Source of the DNA: Planctomycetota bacterium
GTDB lineage: Bacteria; Planctomycetota; SZUA-567; H5-PLA8
Direction: 5' to 3'
DNA: 64,000 bases
NCBI GenBank assembly: GCA_038227875.1
Contig: JBBRPR010000034.1
Span: forward strand, 22,478 to 86,477
Shown here: positions 47,701 through 57,100 of the stretch, in pieces
Position numbering within the stretch: position 1 is the first letter of the stretch
Layout of the letters: every line of letters begins with the position of its first letter
Notes under the pieces: model-generated
Databases searched by the model: none
Seen by the model: only the letters and a program-made list of their open reading frames with translations
What the model was told of the DNA's origin: nothing
Made by a program: the position numbers and the translations under genes

Positions 47701-47810
47701 AGCAGCCCGCCTGCGAAAACGCCGGAGAGCAGCAGCAGCGCCGACAACGCGCGCAGCATTTTCCAGCGCCGCTGCACGGTGATCACGGATTTCGTTAAGG
47801 CCGACATCAT
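44712..47810 (-). CDS. DUF4175-like membrane-anchored protein with Ig-like domains and long coiled-coil/low-complexity C-terminus
   Basis: 3 N-terminal TM, AAILIERAFPEMDNRLINS, YTYPEYL, DLPPRIRI..P, AEDDFAL, helical C-half ending PPEFKDWVKAYYKAL. Confidence 0.85.
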   Translation of the reverse strand: MMSALTKSVITVQRRWKMLRALSALLLLSGVFAGGLLALFALDNLLHLNAVVRSILGLGLVAVVIALAIRNMILPLMKPVSSEEAAILIERAFPEMDNRLINSARLARDPRTPQLVLTMIQAEAGRIVEALDLRRVLPLKALKPLAMIAGIALVLFAGYAVALPDYFTNALKRYAMPTVYTAPITKTSLRVSPGSITVPEGTSVTIKADVGGEIPPGVHLQCGQAGYDMRFLGGAFEQEFKSVDTSFEYTVHAGDAESETFHVTVLPKTKIEKIVVAYTYPEYLKMPVRTDDPSNGNISALEETKISLSLKTSKALASVKLVSESIDKPQQSGSNLEWKFSVTKSGTFHFEWTDADKITGKSSDYTLTALKDLPPRIRIMEPAKDTTLHPSATLATLVHAEDDFALATVSLKAIPAGKEEKDAFTLSDFPAKGKDLRASKQLTAADLKAKTGESIRIFAVARDMKGSETASPQITIRVIDDAQAKADVLKELTAIAARLRQAIAWQKNVRTQNTEGKAKTESLIGEQTGINTLLNEVLASWVNPETRHLGVRARLENAIRGPVAKSLSLLKSDRKAAAETQGIVVKELEAIVTELEGIIPALKSGDMEKVLTDAGEKTPRQVAKDLLAGLKEFTDAQKKVIQDTMDLKLKAGEDFSDDAKKKLDTLRQTEEQWGKFMQEKVTDLSKVPPQDFSNGALGKELNKAFSEMQMAASALNQKSVEMAIPAEESGLELAKEITSNIERWLATAPDNQKWNMEENTKDVDVPMADLPAEMEDIMGDLIDKEDKLAEESQDVTSSWLDSMDKGVGWGVADGPIADMSAKGITGNLQPNSNEIAGRSGEGRSGKSSGQFVGDTAEGKGGKQTPSRATPDPYEKGQVKDTSKDPSGGSTGGGKISGANKEGLRGVPPPPTMQKMDRMADNQAEIRNTAEKAKVALEKRGYVSQDLAAAIDRMKLVEDKLRNHQGANYTSEMKAVTTNLSSVKKSTDSQIDVLRDSVHAPTEKRTGFQNSSDEEIPPEFKDWVKAYYKALSD

Positions 47811-47840
47811 TCGCCCTCCGTACTCAACCTGCGTTCTTGG

Positions 47841-48800
47841 CTACTCGACGACCGCATTTTCGCTCACCGCTTTCAGTTTCTCCTCGCTCTTGTACTCGTA
47901 CTTTGTCAGATCCTTTTCCAAACGCTGCCGGTAGAGAAACAACCGCCGCTTGATGTCAAAGTTCTGCTTCGTCGGCTCGAACGTCCACAACTCCCAGCGC
48001 GCGAATTGGTAGCCTTTGTCGTAGCTCTCTTCCTTACGCGTCAGTTCTACGAGGCCGCGAACAATGTTACCCGATTTGGCGAACGCGACGATCTTCTTGC
48101 TTGTGTAAAATTCTTCGATCGAATTGACCTTCTCCTGGATCGTTTTCTGATCGGCATCGGGCACCGCATCGCCGCTCAGTCCGAAGCGCACGCTGGAGCC
48201 GTCGAACAACAGCACGTCGTATGCGCCGCTGAGTAACCCGGTGAACGGCGGGTCGAGAGACATCTCGCGCTTGTGATCGACGAGGACCGGCGTGCCCTTC
48301 GCTTTGATCGTGATCATACCGAGCTTGCCGTCGCCGATCTTGCGGTTGGGCAGGACGATTTCCTTCACGTAGATCAGGTCTTCGGCTTTCTGATTTTTCT
48401 CGCCCTTCTGATCTTTGACCAGGAAGAAGCGCTTCGAATCGTCGTCGATCTCGAGATAAAAGGGCGCGTTGACATGGCCGTGCACGGTCTGGCCGGAGGT
48501 GAGCGTGATGTCGGTGAGCAGTTTGCGCACGGTGTATTTCCACGGCAGCATGATTTTCTCGGCGTTGCCGTCTTCCTTGAACATCCACGCCTGCTGTTGC
48601 GACTCTTCTTCGATGCTGACGGCGATGCGCGCGATCTCTTCGGGGTCGATGGCCACGCGCTTACCTTTATTGACGTCAAAAAAATCCAACTTGCGGCCTT
48701 CGGTGATCGAAAAACCGCCTTCGGCCTTCTCGCCATTCGAAAATGTCGTGACGGCGAAATTGGGCGCCGCGCTGAGGGCTAAAATTAGCATAAAATGCAT
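47841..48800 (-). CDS. Hypothetical (probably secreted) protein of the MoxR operon
   Basis: 319-aa ORF tightly packed in the operon; host-like codon usage; short hydrophobic N-terminus. Confidence 0.85.
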   Translation of the reverse strand: MHFMLILALSAAPNFAVTTFSNGEKAEGGFSITEGRKLDFFDVNKGKRVAIDPEEIARIAVSIEEESQQQAWMFKEDGNAEKIMLPWKYTVRKLLTDITLTSGQTVHGHVNAPFYLEIDDDSKRFFLVKDQKGEKNQKAEDLIYVKEIVLPNRKIGDGKLGMITIKAKGTPVLVDHKREMSLDPPFTGLLSGAYDVLLFDGSSVRFGLSGDAVPDADQKTIQEKVNSIEEFYTSKKIVAFAKSGNIVRGLVELTRKEESYDKGYQFARWELWTFEPTKQNFDIKRRLFLYRQRLEKDLTKYEYKSEEKLKAVSENAVVE

Positions 48801-48818
48801 ATCGATTTAACCCTTCTC

Positions 48819-50942
48819 TTAATTGAGCTGCAGCCTTTTGCGCACTGACCATTCGATTCCCAACGCCAGCAGGATCAGCAAAAATGGAATCCACGACTCT
48901 GAGACGACGTAGTCGCGCGTTTCAACTTTGATCACGCCGGCCGCTTTCAGTGCTTCGGGCAGCGTGCGCGCGGTGATGGCATCAAAGTACTGGCCGCCCG
49001 AGGCCGCCGCCAGTTGGCGCAGCAGCGGTTCGTTCATGGCGATGCGGCTGAATTCGTTGGCGGGTCGTTCGACCAGGAATTCCCCCGCCGCGGGACCGGC
49101 GGTGATTTTGTAGCTGCCGGGTTTCCTCGCCGTGTATTGGCCGTCGAGGTTGTTGAGGTTCTTCTGCAGCGGGACGCTTTCGCCAGCGATCAGCGCTTCC
49201 TTTAAGTTCTCGATGCCTGAACCTTGCACGTGGAATTTCACGGGCTCGCCAAGCCGGTAAATGTCCTTGTCGGTGGTGATCAGCGCGGGTTGCTGCGGAC
49301 CGGCTTCGGCGTCGCGGTTGGCGGCCCAGCGGATCACCTGTCCCCAGAATTTCGCGAAGAGTTCGCTGCCGCCGTTGTCGGTGTACTTCATCGCCCACTT
49401 CCAGTCGGAATCGGAGAGACTCAAGAACACGCGCCCGGACCCGTAGCGTTGAACGGCGCAGAACGGGAAGGAACTCTTCTCGCCTTGAGCCAGCGCCAAT
49501 ACTTGGGCTCCGGCTTTCGTCGCATTCGATTCGTAGACGCTTTCGACGGGCAGAAACTTCGGCAGGCTGGCCAGGATCGGATGGTTCTGGCCTTCCGACG
49601 TGGGTTGAATCGCGAGGTTGCCGACGAATTCCTTCGATCCGGTCACCGCGACTGGCAGCGCGGTCTCCAGACCCATGGCGGCAAGTCCGCTGGCGAAGGA
49701 ATCTTTTCCGGCGAGCACGATCAGCCCGCCCCCGTCCTCGCTAACGTACTCCCGCAGCGCCGTGGCCTGCGCTTTGGTGAAATCTTCGGCGCGGAAGTCG
49801 CCAAGAATGATCGCGTCGTACTTTTTCAATCCGGCGCGCGTCGACGGCAGCATCACGGATTCTCCGCCCTCCGCCGAAGATTGGTACGCCTTGCTCACGT
49901 CGGTCCGCAAGATGGCCTGCAGCGCGATCTGCGCGTCCTTCTTCAATTCGCGCGTGAGAAACTTGTACGTCCAGCGCGGCGTGCCTTCGTAGTAGAAAAC
50001 CTTAATCTTCTCCTTGGTGACCTTCACGGAGTAGAAACGATTGTTGTTCTCGGTGATCGTCTCTTTCGGATTGGGCAGCACGCGCACTTCGTATTCGAAC
50101 AGTCCGGCGTCATCGGGCGAGAAATACAACTGAACCTGCTGCGGATCCTTGGTGAGCGACACGGTCTGTTCGGCGAGCACCTTCTCGCCGAGACGGATCT
50201 GCACCGTGGCGTTTTCCCCAGTCAGATTGGTCTGGCGGAGTTCCACTTTCACTTCGCTCTTGGAATGGATGAACGCCTGCTTGTCGGCCTTGAGAATCGA
50301 GAGATCGATGTCCGCGTTCTTGGCGACGGATTCCATCATCGATCCGAGTCCGACGGTGTAGATCGGCACGCCTTGGGCGTTTTCGGCAGAGCTCTTCGCC
50401 GACGTCTCGCAACCGTCGCTGAGCAGTACGATGGCCGTCAGCGGCGCCTTGTCCTTCTGATCGCGGACGGTGGCGATGGCTTGACTCAAATCAGAGCTGT
50501 CGCCTTCGGCTTTGAGCGATTTGAGTTCCACAGGTCGAATGGCGCTGTCGAAGCCGATCAGATCGGCCTGTGCGCTGTCGGAGAGCCGACTGAGCACCGT
50601 CTGTTCACCAAGGATCTGTTGCGCCGTCTTGATGCGCGTTTCGCCGCCGACGGAATCAGCGAGGTTCATCGACTTGGAGGTATCGACCAGCACGGCGATG
50701 CGCTGGCGGTCACGCGGCGAGACATTGAGACGTAGGATTGGGTTGACCAGCAGCAGTAAAAAGACCAGTACCGCCGTCAACCGCAGTGCCAGTAGCACCG
50801 CCGGGAGCCAGCGGTGGTATTCATAAAGCGAGAGCACGCGGCGGTACTGTGCAATAATAATCACAACGCCGACCACGCCCCCGGCCAAGGCCACAAGCGG
50901 GGATAAGGCAGTGCCGGGAAACACCACAGACGTCGCTAACAT
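48819..50942 (-). CDS. vWA + Ig-like + class I glutamine amidotransferase-like membrane protein
   Basis: 2 N-terminal TM, VLVDTSKSM (MIDAS), LLSDG, ENN, YDAIILGD...GGGLIVLAG, RYGSGRV...FWGQVIRW, EWSVRKR. Start ATG 50942. Confidence 0.9.
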   Translation of the reverse strand: MLATSVVFPGTALSPLVALAGGVVGVVIIIAQYRRVLSLYEYHRWLPAVLLALRLTAVLVFLLLLVNPILRLNVSPRDRQRIAVLVDTSKSMNLADSVGGETRIKTAQQILGEQTVLSRLSDSAQADLIGFDSAIRPVELKSLKAEGDSSDLSQAIATVRDQKDKAPLTAIVLLSDGCETSAKSSAENAQGVPIYTVGLGSMMESVAKNADIDLSILKADKQAFIHSKSEVKVELRQTNLTGENATVQIRLGEKVLAEQTVSLTKDPQQVQLYFSPDDAGLFEYEVRVLPNPKETITENNNRFYSVKVTKEKIKVFYYEGTPRWTYKFLTRELKKDAQIALQAILRTDVSKAYQSSAEGGESVMLPSTRAGLKKYDAIILGDFRAEDFTKAQATALREYVSEDGGGLIVLAGKDSFASGLAAMGLETALPVAVTGSKEFVGNLAIQPTSEGQNHPILASLPKFLPVESVYESNATKAGAQVLALAQGEKSSFPFCAVQRYGSGRVFLSLSDSDWKWAMKYTDNGGSELFAKFWGQVIRWAANRDAEAGPQQPALITTDKDIYRLGEPVKFHVQGSGIENLKEALIAGESVPLQKNLNNLDGQYTARKPGSYKITAGPAAGEFLVERPANEFSRIAMNEPLLRQLAAASGGQYFDAITARTLPEALKAAGVIKVETRDYVVSESWIPFLLILLALGIEWSVRKRLQLN

Positions 50943-51024
50943 CAGCCTCACTTTAACTCGGTTTGTAGGTTTTCGCAGCGCAATGTACGGAGTTTCCCGA
51001 GGGTGGAACGAATTCGTACAAGAA

Positions 51025-51040
51025 AGCACTCAGCGTGCCA
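51025..51040 (-). promoter_or_regulatory. sigma54 (-24/-12) promoter of the MoxR/vWA operon
   Basis: Minus strand TGGCACGCTGAGTGCT, one mismatch to TGGCACG-N4-TTGCW, about 85 nt upstream of ATG 50942. Confidence 0.65.
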
Positions 51041-51131
51041 CGAATTTACGGTCAGAAGTGTCACATATGCGAAGTTTAGAAATGCCGTGGAGTAACTTTT
51101 ACTACCCGCCAGCGGTGAGTATGGTGTGAGC

Positions 51132-52589
51132 ATGTCCATCGAATCTTCGAACTTGGAAACACCCGCTTCGAGTTTGCCGGCTTGGCGGCGCTGGCTGGCG
51201 TACATCACGGTCGCCACCATGGCGATCAACTGGAATGTGGAGAAGTTGCTCCACTTCAAAGACAAGCATTACTTGTCGCCGCTGATGCCGCTGTTGCTGA
51301 TCCTTGTGCCGCTGACAATCTATGACGCGATCACGCGCGGACGCCGCGCGGATCCCAAATCGTTCAGCTTCCCTCCGCTGCCCAGTTTGATCTGGGCGGC
51401 GCTGGCGATGATCTCCTGCTTGTGGATCGCGAAGTTCCCGGGCGGCGAGACTGGCAAGGCCTGGCTTCGTGGCGCGCAAGCATCGGTGGTGTTCGGACTG
51501 CTGGCGGTGTGGGTATTTCAGAACATCGCGCGGAGTCCCGCGGAATTCCGCAAGCTGGCGTTGATCGTTGGCGTCAGCGCGGCGGTCTGTCTACTGATTG
51601 CGCTGCGCCAGTATGTCGGACCGATTGGATTGCCGTACGATCCGCGGCATAAGGATCAGGATCTGCTGGGCGCTTCGAATATTCGCCTCGGCGGCTGGTA
51701 CGATTTCCGCGGCACGCTCGGCGCGCTAACGGCAATGATCGCGCCTGCCGCGGCCGCGTACGCGATTCTCGACCGTGACAGCGCTGTGCGCAGCATCAGT
51801 TTCTGCGTCGCAGGGTTGTCGCTGCTGGTTACGCTTTTTGCGGGCGGCTTTATCGGAGCGACGGCAGGCATCGTCGCGGTGATCGGGGCGTTGGTGGCCG
51901 TGCGCAGTTGGCGCGCGGCGCTGATGGCGTTGGTTTTTCTACTCTTCATTATTTCCGTGATGCTGCCGCGACTGCCGCGCAACAATCCGCAGGCGATTAC
52001 CGAGGGCGTGGCGCTTTACGTCAACGATCCAGCCACCGAAGCGGACGCGGCGAAAGTGCCCAGCGCGCGACTGCGGCGCTATCAGGCGGTGACCGATCTG
52101 CTGACGGCGCGCACCGATCCGATGGATCTCAACAGCAAGCCCAACTGGCACAAAGGCGTGGGCTGCGGACAATACCAATCCAAAGTCAACGGCTTCTATC
52201 AGGCACCCTACGACAAACCCGGCAGCACGACCGACGATGAAGCGGCGTTTGGCATTTACGTCGACGAGCCGACCACCTTTGGTTTGTTTGAAACTGTCGC
52301 GGTGGAGCTCGGGGTACCCGGTCTGATTGTCGTGTTGCTGCTCTTCGCGTGCTGGATCACGTCCGCCGCGGGCGCTTTTTCGAGGCTCTTTGTCAACGCC
52401 ACGCGCGAAGCGGCCACACTGGCGCTCGCCGCGATGGGCGCGGGCGTCGGCGCGCTGGTGTTGAGCGTCTTCGGCAATCCCGCGTCGCAGGGACCGGGCG
52501 GAGTGTTCGCGTTTTTCTTTGCGGTCGCACTGTGTTCACAACGCTGGAGCGCGACTCCGGCACCCGCGTCGGAACACAGCAGCGCATGA
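51132..52589 (+). CDS. O-antigen ligase (Wzy_C/WaaL)-like polytopic membrane protein
   Basis: About 10-12 hydrophobic segments, RLGG, large loop with RLRRY...GVGCGQY...ELGVPGL. Confidence 0.65.
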   Translation: MSIESSNLETPASSLPAWRRWLAYITVATMAINWNVEKLLHFKDKHYLSPLMPLLLILVPLTIYDAITRGRRADPKSFSFPPLPSLIWAALAMISCLWIAKFPGGETGKAWLRGAQASVVFGLLAVWVFQNIARSPAEFRKLALIVGVSAAVCLLIALRQYVGPIGLPYDPRHKDQDLLGASNIRLGGWYDFRGTLGALTAMIAPAAAAYAILDRDSAVRSISFCVAGLSLLVTLFAGGFIGATAGIVAVIGALVAVRSWRAALMALVFLLFIISVMLPRLPRNNPQAITEGVALYVNDPATEADAAKVPSARLRRYQAVTDLLTARTDPMDLNSKPNWHKGVGCGQYQSKVNGFYQAPYDKPGSTTDDEAAFGIYVDEPTTFGLFETVAVELGVPGLIVVLLLFACWITSAAGAFSRLFVNATREAATLALAAMGAGVGALVLSVFGNPASQGPGGVFAFFFAVALCSQRWSATPAPASEHSSA

Positions 52590-52855
52590 GCAGCGCGCTG
52601 GCGAGCGTCGCGCTGCTCTGCGGCATCCTGTTGATCGCCGCGGGCATCGTGTTGGCGTTCGTCACCGGATTTGATCTGCTGTTTCTGGTTGTCGCGGCGG
52701 TGATGATCGGACTCGGCGCGGTACTGTTGCTGAAGTTCAGAGGTCGCGTTGATACTGGGAGCGCAGACAGCGGCATCCCCAATTCGCAGCGCTCGTTTCA
52801 GAAGCCCGACACGGAAGCGAGCTCCAAACGGGCGAAACTCAACGACAAACTCTAA
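52586..52855 (+). CDS. Small two-TM membrane protein (89 aa)
   Basis: ATGA overlap with the upstream stop; two hydrophobic helices and a polar tail. Confidence 0.65.
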   Translation: MSSALASVALLCGILLIAAGIVLAFVTGFDLLFLVVAAVMIGLGAVLLLKFRGRVDTGSADSGIPNSQRSFQKPDTEASSKRAKLNDKL

Positions 52856-52880
52856 TTTTGTGGGCCCGGCCGTGGAGACC

Positions 52881-53576
52881 TTACTGCTGACCGGCCAGCC
52901 CGTTCAAGATCTGCGCCATGATCCGATTGAGCGCTTCGAAGCGCAGTTCGTTCATCATCAGCGCTGACGCGTCTTGAATGTATTTACCCTTCACGAGTTC
53001 GGCGGCGCCATGTTTCACCAGGTCTTTGGCGCTGGCGTGTGTCACTTCGAGATGGAACTGCAGTCCCAGTACGCTTTCACCCATGAGAAAGCCCTGATTT
53101 CCGCAGCCTTCGCTGAACGCGATCTTGATTGCGCCGGGTGGCGTCGAGAAGGTGTCGCCGTGCCAGTGAAAGACGTCGGAGTGATCCGGAAGAAATCCCA
53201 GCAACCGCGATGCGCGGGCCTCCGCGGTCCATTGAACGGGGTACCAGCCAATTTCCTTGTGCGCGTTCTTCGTGACTTCCGCGCCGAGCACCACCGCCAG
53301 CAACTGTGCGCCGAGGCAGATGCCGATAACCGTCTTCTGCGCATCGACGGCAGCGCGGATGAACTTCTTCTCGTCGGCAAGCCACGCATGCTCGCGTTCG
53401 TCGTGGACGTTCATCGGGCCGCCCATCACGAGCAGCCAATCGAACGCGGCGAGATCCGGAAGTTTGTCGCCTGCGAAAAAGCGCGTGAACGTCAGCGCAT
53501 GACCCTGAGCCATGGTCCAATGCAGGATGCTGCCGGGCCCTTCAAATTCCACGTGCTGCAGGCAGTGAATACGCAT
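52881..53576 (-). CDS. Class I glutamine amidotransferase family protein
   Basis: QHVEFEGPG, MGGPMNV, GICLGAQL, FHWHGDTF, GLQFHLE (Cys-His-Glu triad). Confidence 0.95.
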   Translation of the reverse strand: MRIHCLQHVEFEGPGSILHWTMAQGHALTFTRFFAGDKLPDLAAFDWLLVMGGPMNVHDEREHAWLADEKKFIRAAVDAQKTVIGICLGAQLLAVVLGAEVTKNAHKEIGWYPVQWTAEARASRLLGFLPDHSDVFHWHGDTFSTPPGAIKIAFSEGCGNQGFLMGESVLGLQFHLEVTHASAKDLVKHGAAELVKGKYIQDASALMMNELRFEALNRIMAQILNGLAGQQ

Positions 53577-53639
53577 GGACCTTCCTTAAGCCGGCTTGTT
53601 TCGAGAAGGTTGGAGCTTAGCAGCAATTCGGACCGCGCG

Positions 53640-53672
53640 AAAAGAAAACGCGGTTTCAATTTTGAAACCGCG
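53640..53672 (-). terminator. Intrinsic terminator after the small Zn-ribbon gene
   Basis: Minus strand CGCGGTTTCA-AAAT-TGAAACCGCG followed by TTTTCTTTT. Confidence 0.75.
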
Positions 53673-53705
53673 CACCGTCGTGCCACTGAATTGTGAGACG
53701 GGATT

Positions 53706-53897
53706 TCAGCGCCAATTGCGAACGCGTTTGGAAGAAATGAGCTGGATCTTCACGGTGTCGTGCCGGCAGCCAGGGCATTTGAGCTGTTCGCGCGCGAGAC
53801 GTTGCTCTCGCAGCGTACTGGGTGTTCCGGAACCATCGTTACCGCCGTCGAAGTCAACTTCATGACCGCAGACGTATCGAATCTTGATGTTCGTCAT
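53706..53897 (-). CDS. Small putative zinc-ribbon protein (63 aa; CGH...CPGC)
   Basis: GGAGA RBS + ATG 53897; YVCGHE and KCPGC; own terminator. Confidence 0.7.
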   Translation of the reverse strand: MTNIKIRYVCGHEVDFDGGNDGSGTPSTLREQRLAREQLKCPGCRHDTVKIQLISSKRVRNWR

Positions 53898-53948
53898 GAT
53901 TCTCCACTCAGCCAGGTTATGGCAAATTGCAACTCCTGCACACCATGA

Positions 53949-53965
53949 TGCAAAGCGTGGACCAA
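53949..53965 (-). promoter_or_regulatory. Possible sigma54 promoter of the Zn-ribbon gene
   Basis: Minus strand TTGGTCCACGCTTTGCA (GG-N10-GC, TTGCA), about 50 nt upstream of the ATG. Confidence 0.4.
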
Positions 53966-54125
53966 GCAAATTCCACCTAGAATAGTATGTTGCACATGTT
54001 TTCCAGGCAGTTGTTACCGATTAACTGTCGGATTATCAGCGACACCGATGTTCAGAATCGAACGCCAATCGTGGTTAGCCCGAATTGTCGATTCTCGGAA
54101 TCGACACACAGTTCGTCGTGCGAAA

Positions 54126-57100
54126 TTACTTTCCCGCCAAATGCTCACTCATTTCGCCTCGCACCGGGTGCTCGGGCGCCTTGCCCGCCGGCAGCAGAGC
54201 GATCAGCGACATCTTCATTTCATCCATTATGCCATAGAAGCACGGAACTACGATCAGCGTCAGCAGTGTCGAGAGCGTCAAGCCGCCGATGATCGAGATT
54301 GACATCGGGATCATCAGTTCGCCGCCGGGGCCCAGTGCCAGAGCGGCGGGGAGCGCGCCGGCCACGGTCGCAACGGATGTCATTAGAATTGGACGCAGAC
54401 GCAGCGGACAGGCTTCGATCAGCGCGGCCGTGACGCTCTTGCTCTTGTCTTCGTCGCGAACCTGATTGGTATAATCGACCAGCAGAATTGAATTTTTCTT
54501 CACGATCCCCATCAGCAAAATCAGGCCGATGATGCTGTAGATGTTCAACGACTGCGGGTTCATGTGAAGGCCGGTGTACGACGCATACCTGGTCAGAAAG
54601 AGCGCCAGCAGCGCGCCGCTGACGCTGAACGGCAGCGCCATCAGCACCGTCACTGGATGCAGGAACGAATTGAACTGCGATGCCAGCACCATGTACGCGA
54701 CGACCAGGCCGAGAACGAGCGCGAAGATGAGGCTCTTGAACGACTCTTCCATCGCGCGCGAGTTGCCGGTCTTGATGAAATTGTAGCCTTCCGGCACCGT
54801 CTCGGCGACGTGCTTGCCGACCCAGTCCAGCGCTTCGGCCTGTGAATGTCCGGGCGCGGGATTGGCGGAGATGCTCACGGCGCGCTGGCGCATCTGGCGG
54901 GTGATCGACTGAAACGACGGGCGCAGTTCGACCTTGGCGATGTCGCGGATCTGCACCAGTTTGCCGTCCTTCGAGCGAACATAGAGGCTCGTAATGTCTT
55001 CGCGGCGGCCGCGGTTTTCCTGGAGCAGGCGGATGCGAACGTCGTACTGCTTACCGTTGTCCTTGAACGTCCCGATTTTCTGGCCGCCGATCAGGTAGCT
55101 GACGGTGTTGGCCAGCGTCATCACATCGACGTTGTTGGCCATGCACTTTTCGCGGTCCGGGATGACATCGAGCTCCGGCATGCCGCGCTGGTAGTCGGTG
55201 TCGATGTCCTGGAATAGGCCGCTGCTTTTCATATCGGACATGAATTGATCGTCGAGCTTGCCCAGCTTGTCCCATTCCGGTCCGCGCAGGGAGAATTCGA
55301 TCGCCGCTGCGCCGCGCTTGGCGTTGGCAAATCCCGAAGCGGAGAAGTCGACGAGGATCACGCGAGAACCTGGCGCGGGATTGTCATTGAGTTCCTTGCG
55401 CAGCATCGCCATCGATTCCTGCTGGCTGACTTTGCGGTCCTTGAATGGCTTGAGCGTCACGAACGCGATGCCGGCATTGACGTCCGGCGGCAATCCGGCG
55501 ATGACCAGTGACGCTTCGATTTCGTCATGCTTGTCGAGCAGCTTCTCGACGTTCTTCATCACACGATCGGTGTAGTCGACCGTGGAGCCCACCGGCGTGA
55601 AAATGCGGATCATGTAGTAGCCTTGATCCTGCGGCGGCACCATTTCTTTGGGAATGTATTGAATCAGCAGCAGCGAACCGAGAAAGACCGCCAGCGATGC
55701 AACCATGACCAGCGCGGATCCGGTGGGAAACGACTGCTGTTTGACCAACATCGCACCCATGCCTGCCGCACTGTACAGACCGAATAGGCCGATGGTCAGG
55801 AGCAGCACGCTGGCGATGTTGAAATCGCCGCCCGTCAATCCGCTGTAGACCCCCATGCCGCCGAAATAACTGAGCGCTCCGCCGGCTGCCAGGCACAGCA
55901 GCAGAAGCACGAAGCCGAAGGTCTTGCCGGTGAGTTCCGTGCGGAAATTCAGCACGGTATTGAGCATGCTCTTGTAGAAGCGCGCCAGGCCGTCGAACAG
56001 TTCGCCGGAAAAGCGCTCTATGAAATTACCGCGATGCCCGACCTGCAGGAACTGCGCGCAGCGCGCGGGCGCCAATGTCATCGCCTCAAGAAGCGAGATG
56101 GCGACGGCAATCGAGAGCACCACGCCGAACTGGAAGAAGAATTTCCCGATGATGCCGGTCATGAATGCCACAGGCAGGAAGATGGCGATGATCGCCATGG
56201 TCGCCGCCAGCGCAGCGAAGGAAATCTGCTCTGTGCCTTCGCGCGCCGCAGTGACCTTGTCCTTGCCCATTTCTGCATGACGGTAAATGTTTTCGAGCAC
56301 CATCACGGCGTCATCGACGACAATGCCGATCGAGAGCGAGAGCGCCAGCAGCGTGAACGAATTCAGCGAGAATCCGGCGAAGTACATCACCGCGAACGTA
56401 CCAAAGACGGAGACGGGAATCGCCAGCACCACATTCAATGTTGACGAGAGCGATCCGAGGAAAAACCAGCAGACTACCGCGGTCAGCAACACCGACAGAA
56501 ACAGTGTCAATTCGATCTCATGAACCGCATCTTTGATGAAAATGCTATTGTCGACGCGGACGTCGAGACTCAGGCCCTTCGGCAGCGTCTTGCGCAGTTC
56601 CACCAGTTTGTCGCGCACATCCTTGGCGACCTGGACGGTATTGGCGCCGTGCTGCTTAATGATTCCCAGTCCCTGCGCCGGCATGCCGTTGGAACGCGCG
56701 ATGCGCCGGCGGTCTTCAAATCCGTCTTCGACGATTGCAACGTCTTTCAAATAGACCGGCGATCCGTTGCGCACGGTGACGAGGATGTTGCCCATCTCTT
56801 TGACGGTGATCGCTTCGCCTTGAATTTCGACATTCGCTTCCCGCAGCGTGCCTTCGACGCGGCCGCCGGGAATTTCAACGTGCCCATTCTGGAAGGCGTT
56901 GACGACATCGTTGGCCGTCAGTCCGTAGGCCTCGAGCTTCTTGCCGTCTACCCAGATGCGTGCGTTGCGTTCCAGGTAGCCGCCCATCATTACGTCGCCG
57001 TCGCCGGAGACCGTGAGGAACTTGTCGCGCAGGGAATTCTTGGCGTACTGGCTGATGTCCAGCTGCGAGCGCGTGCCCGAGAGCGCGATCCACATGATCG

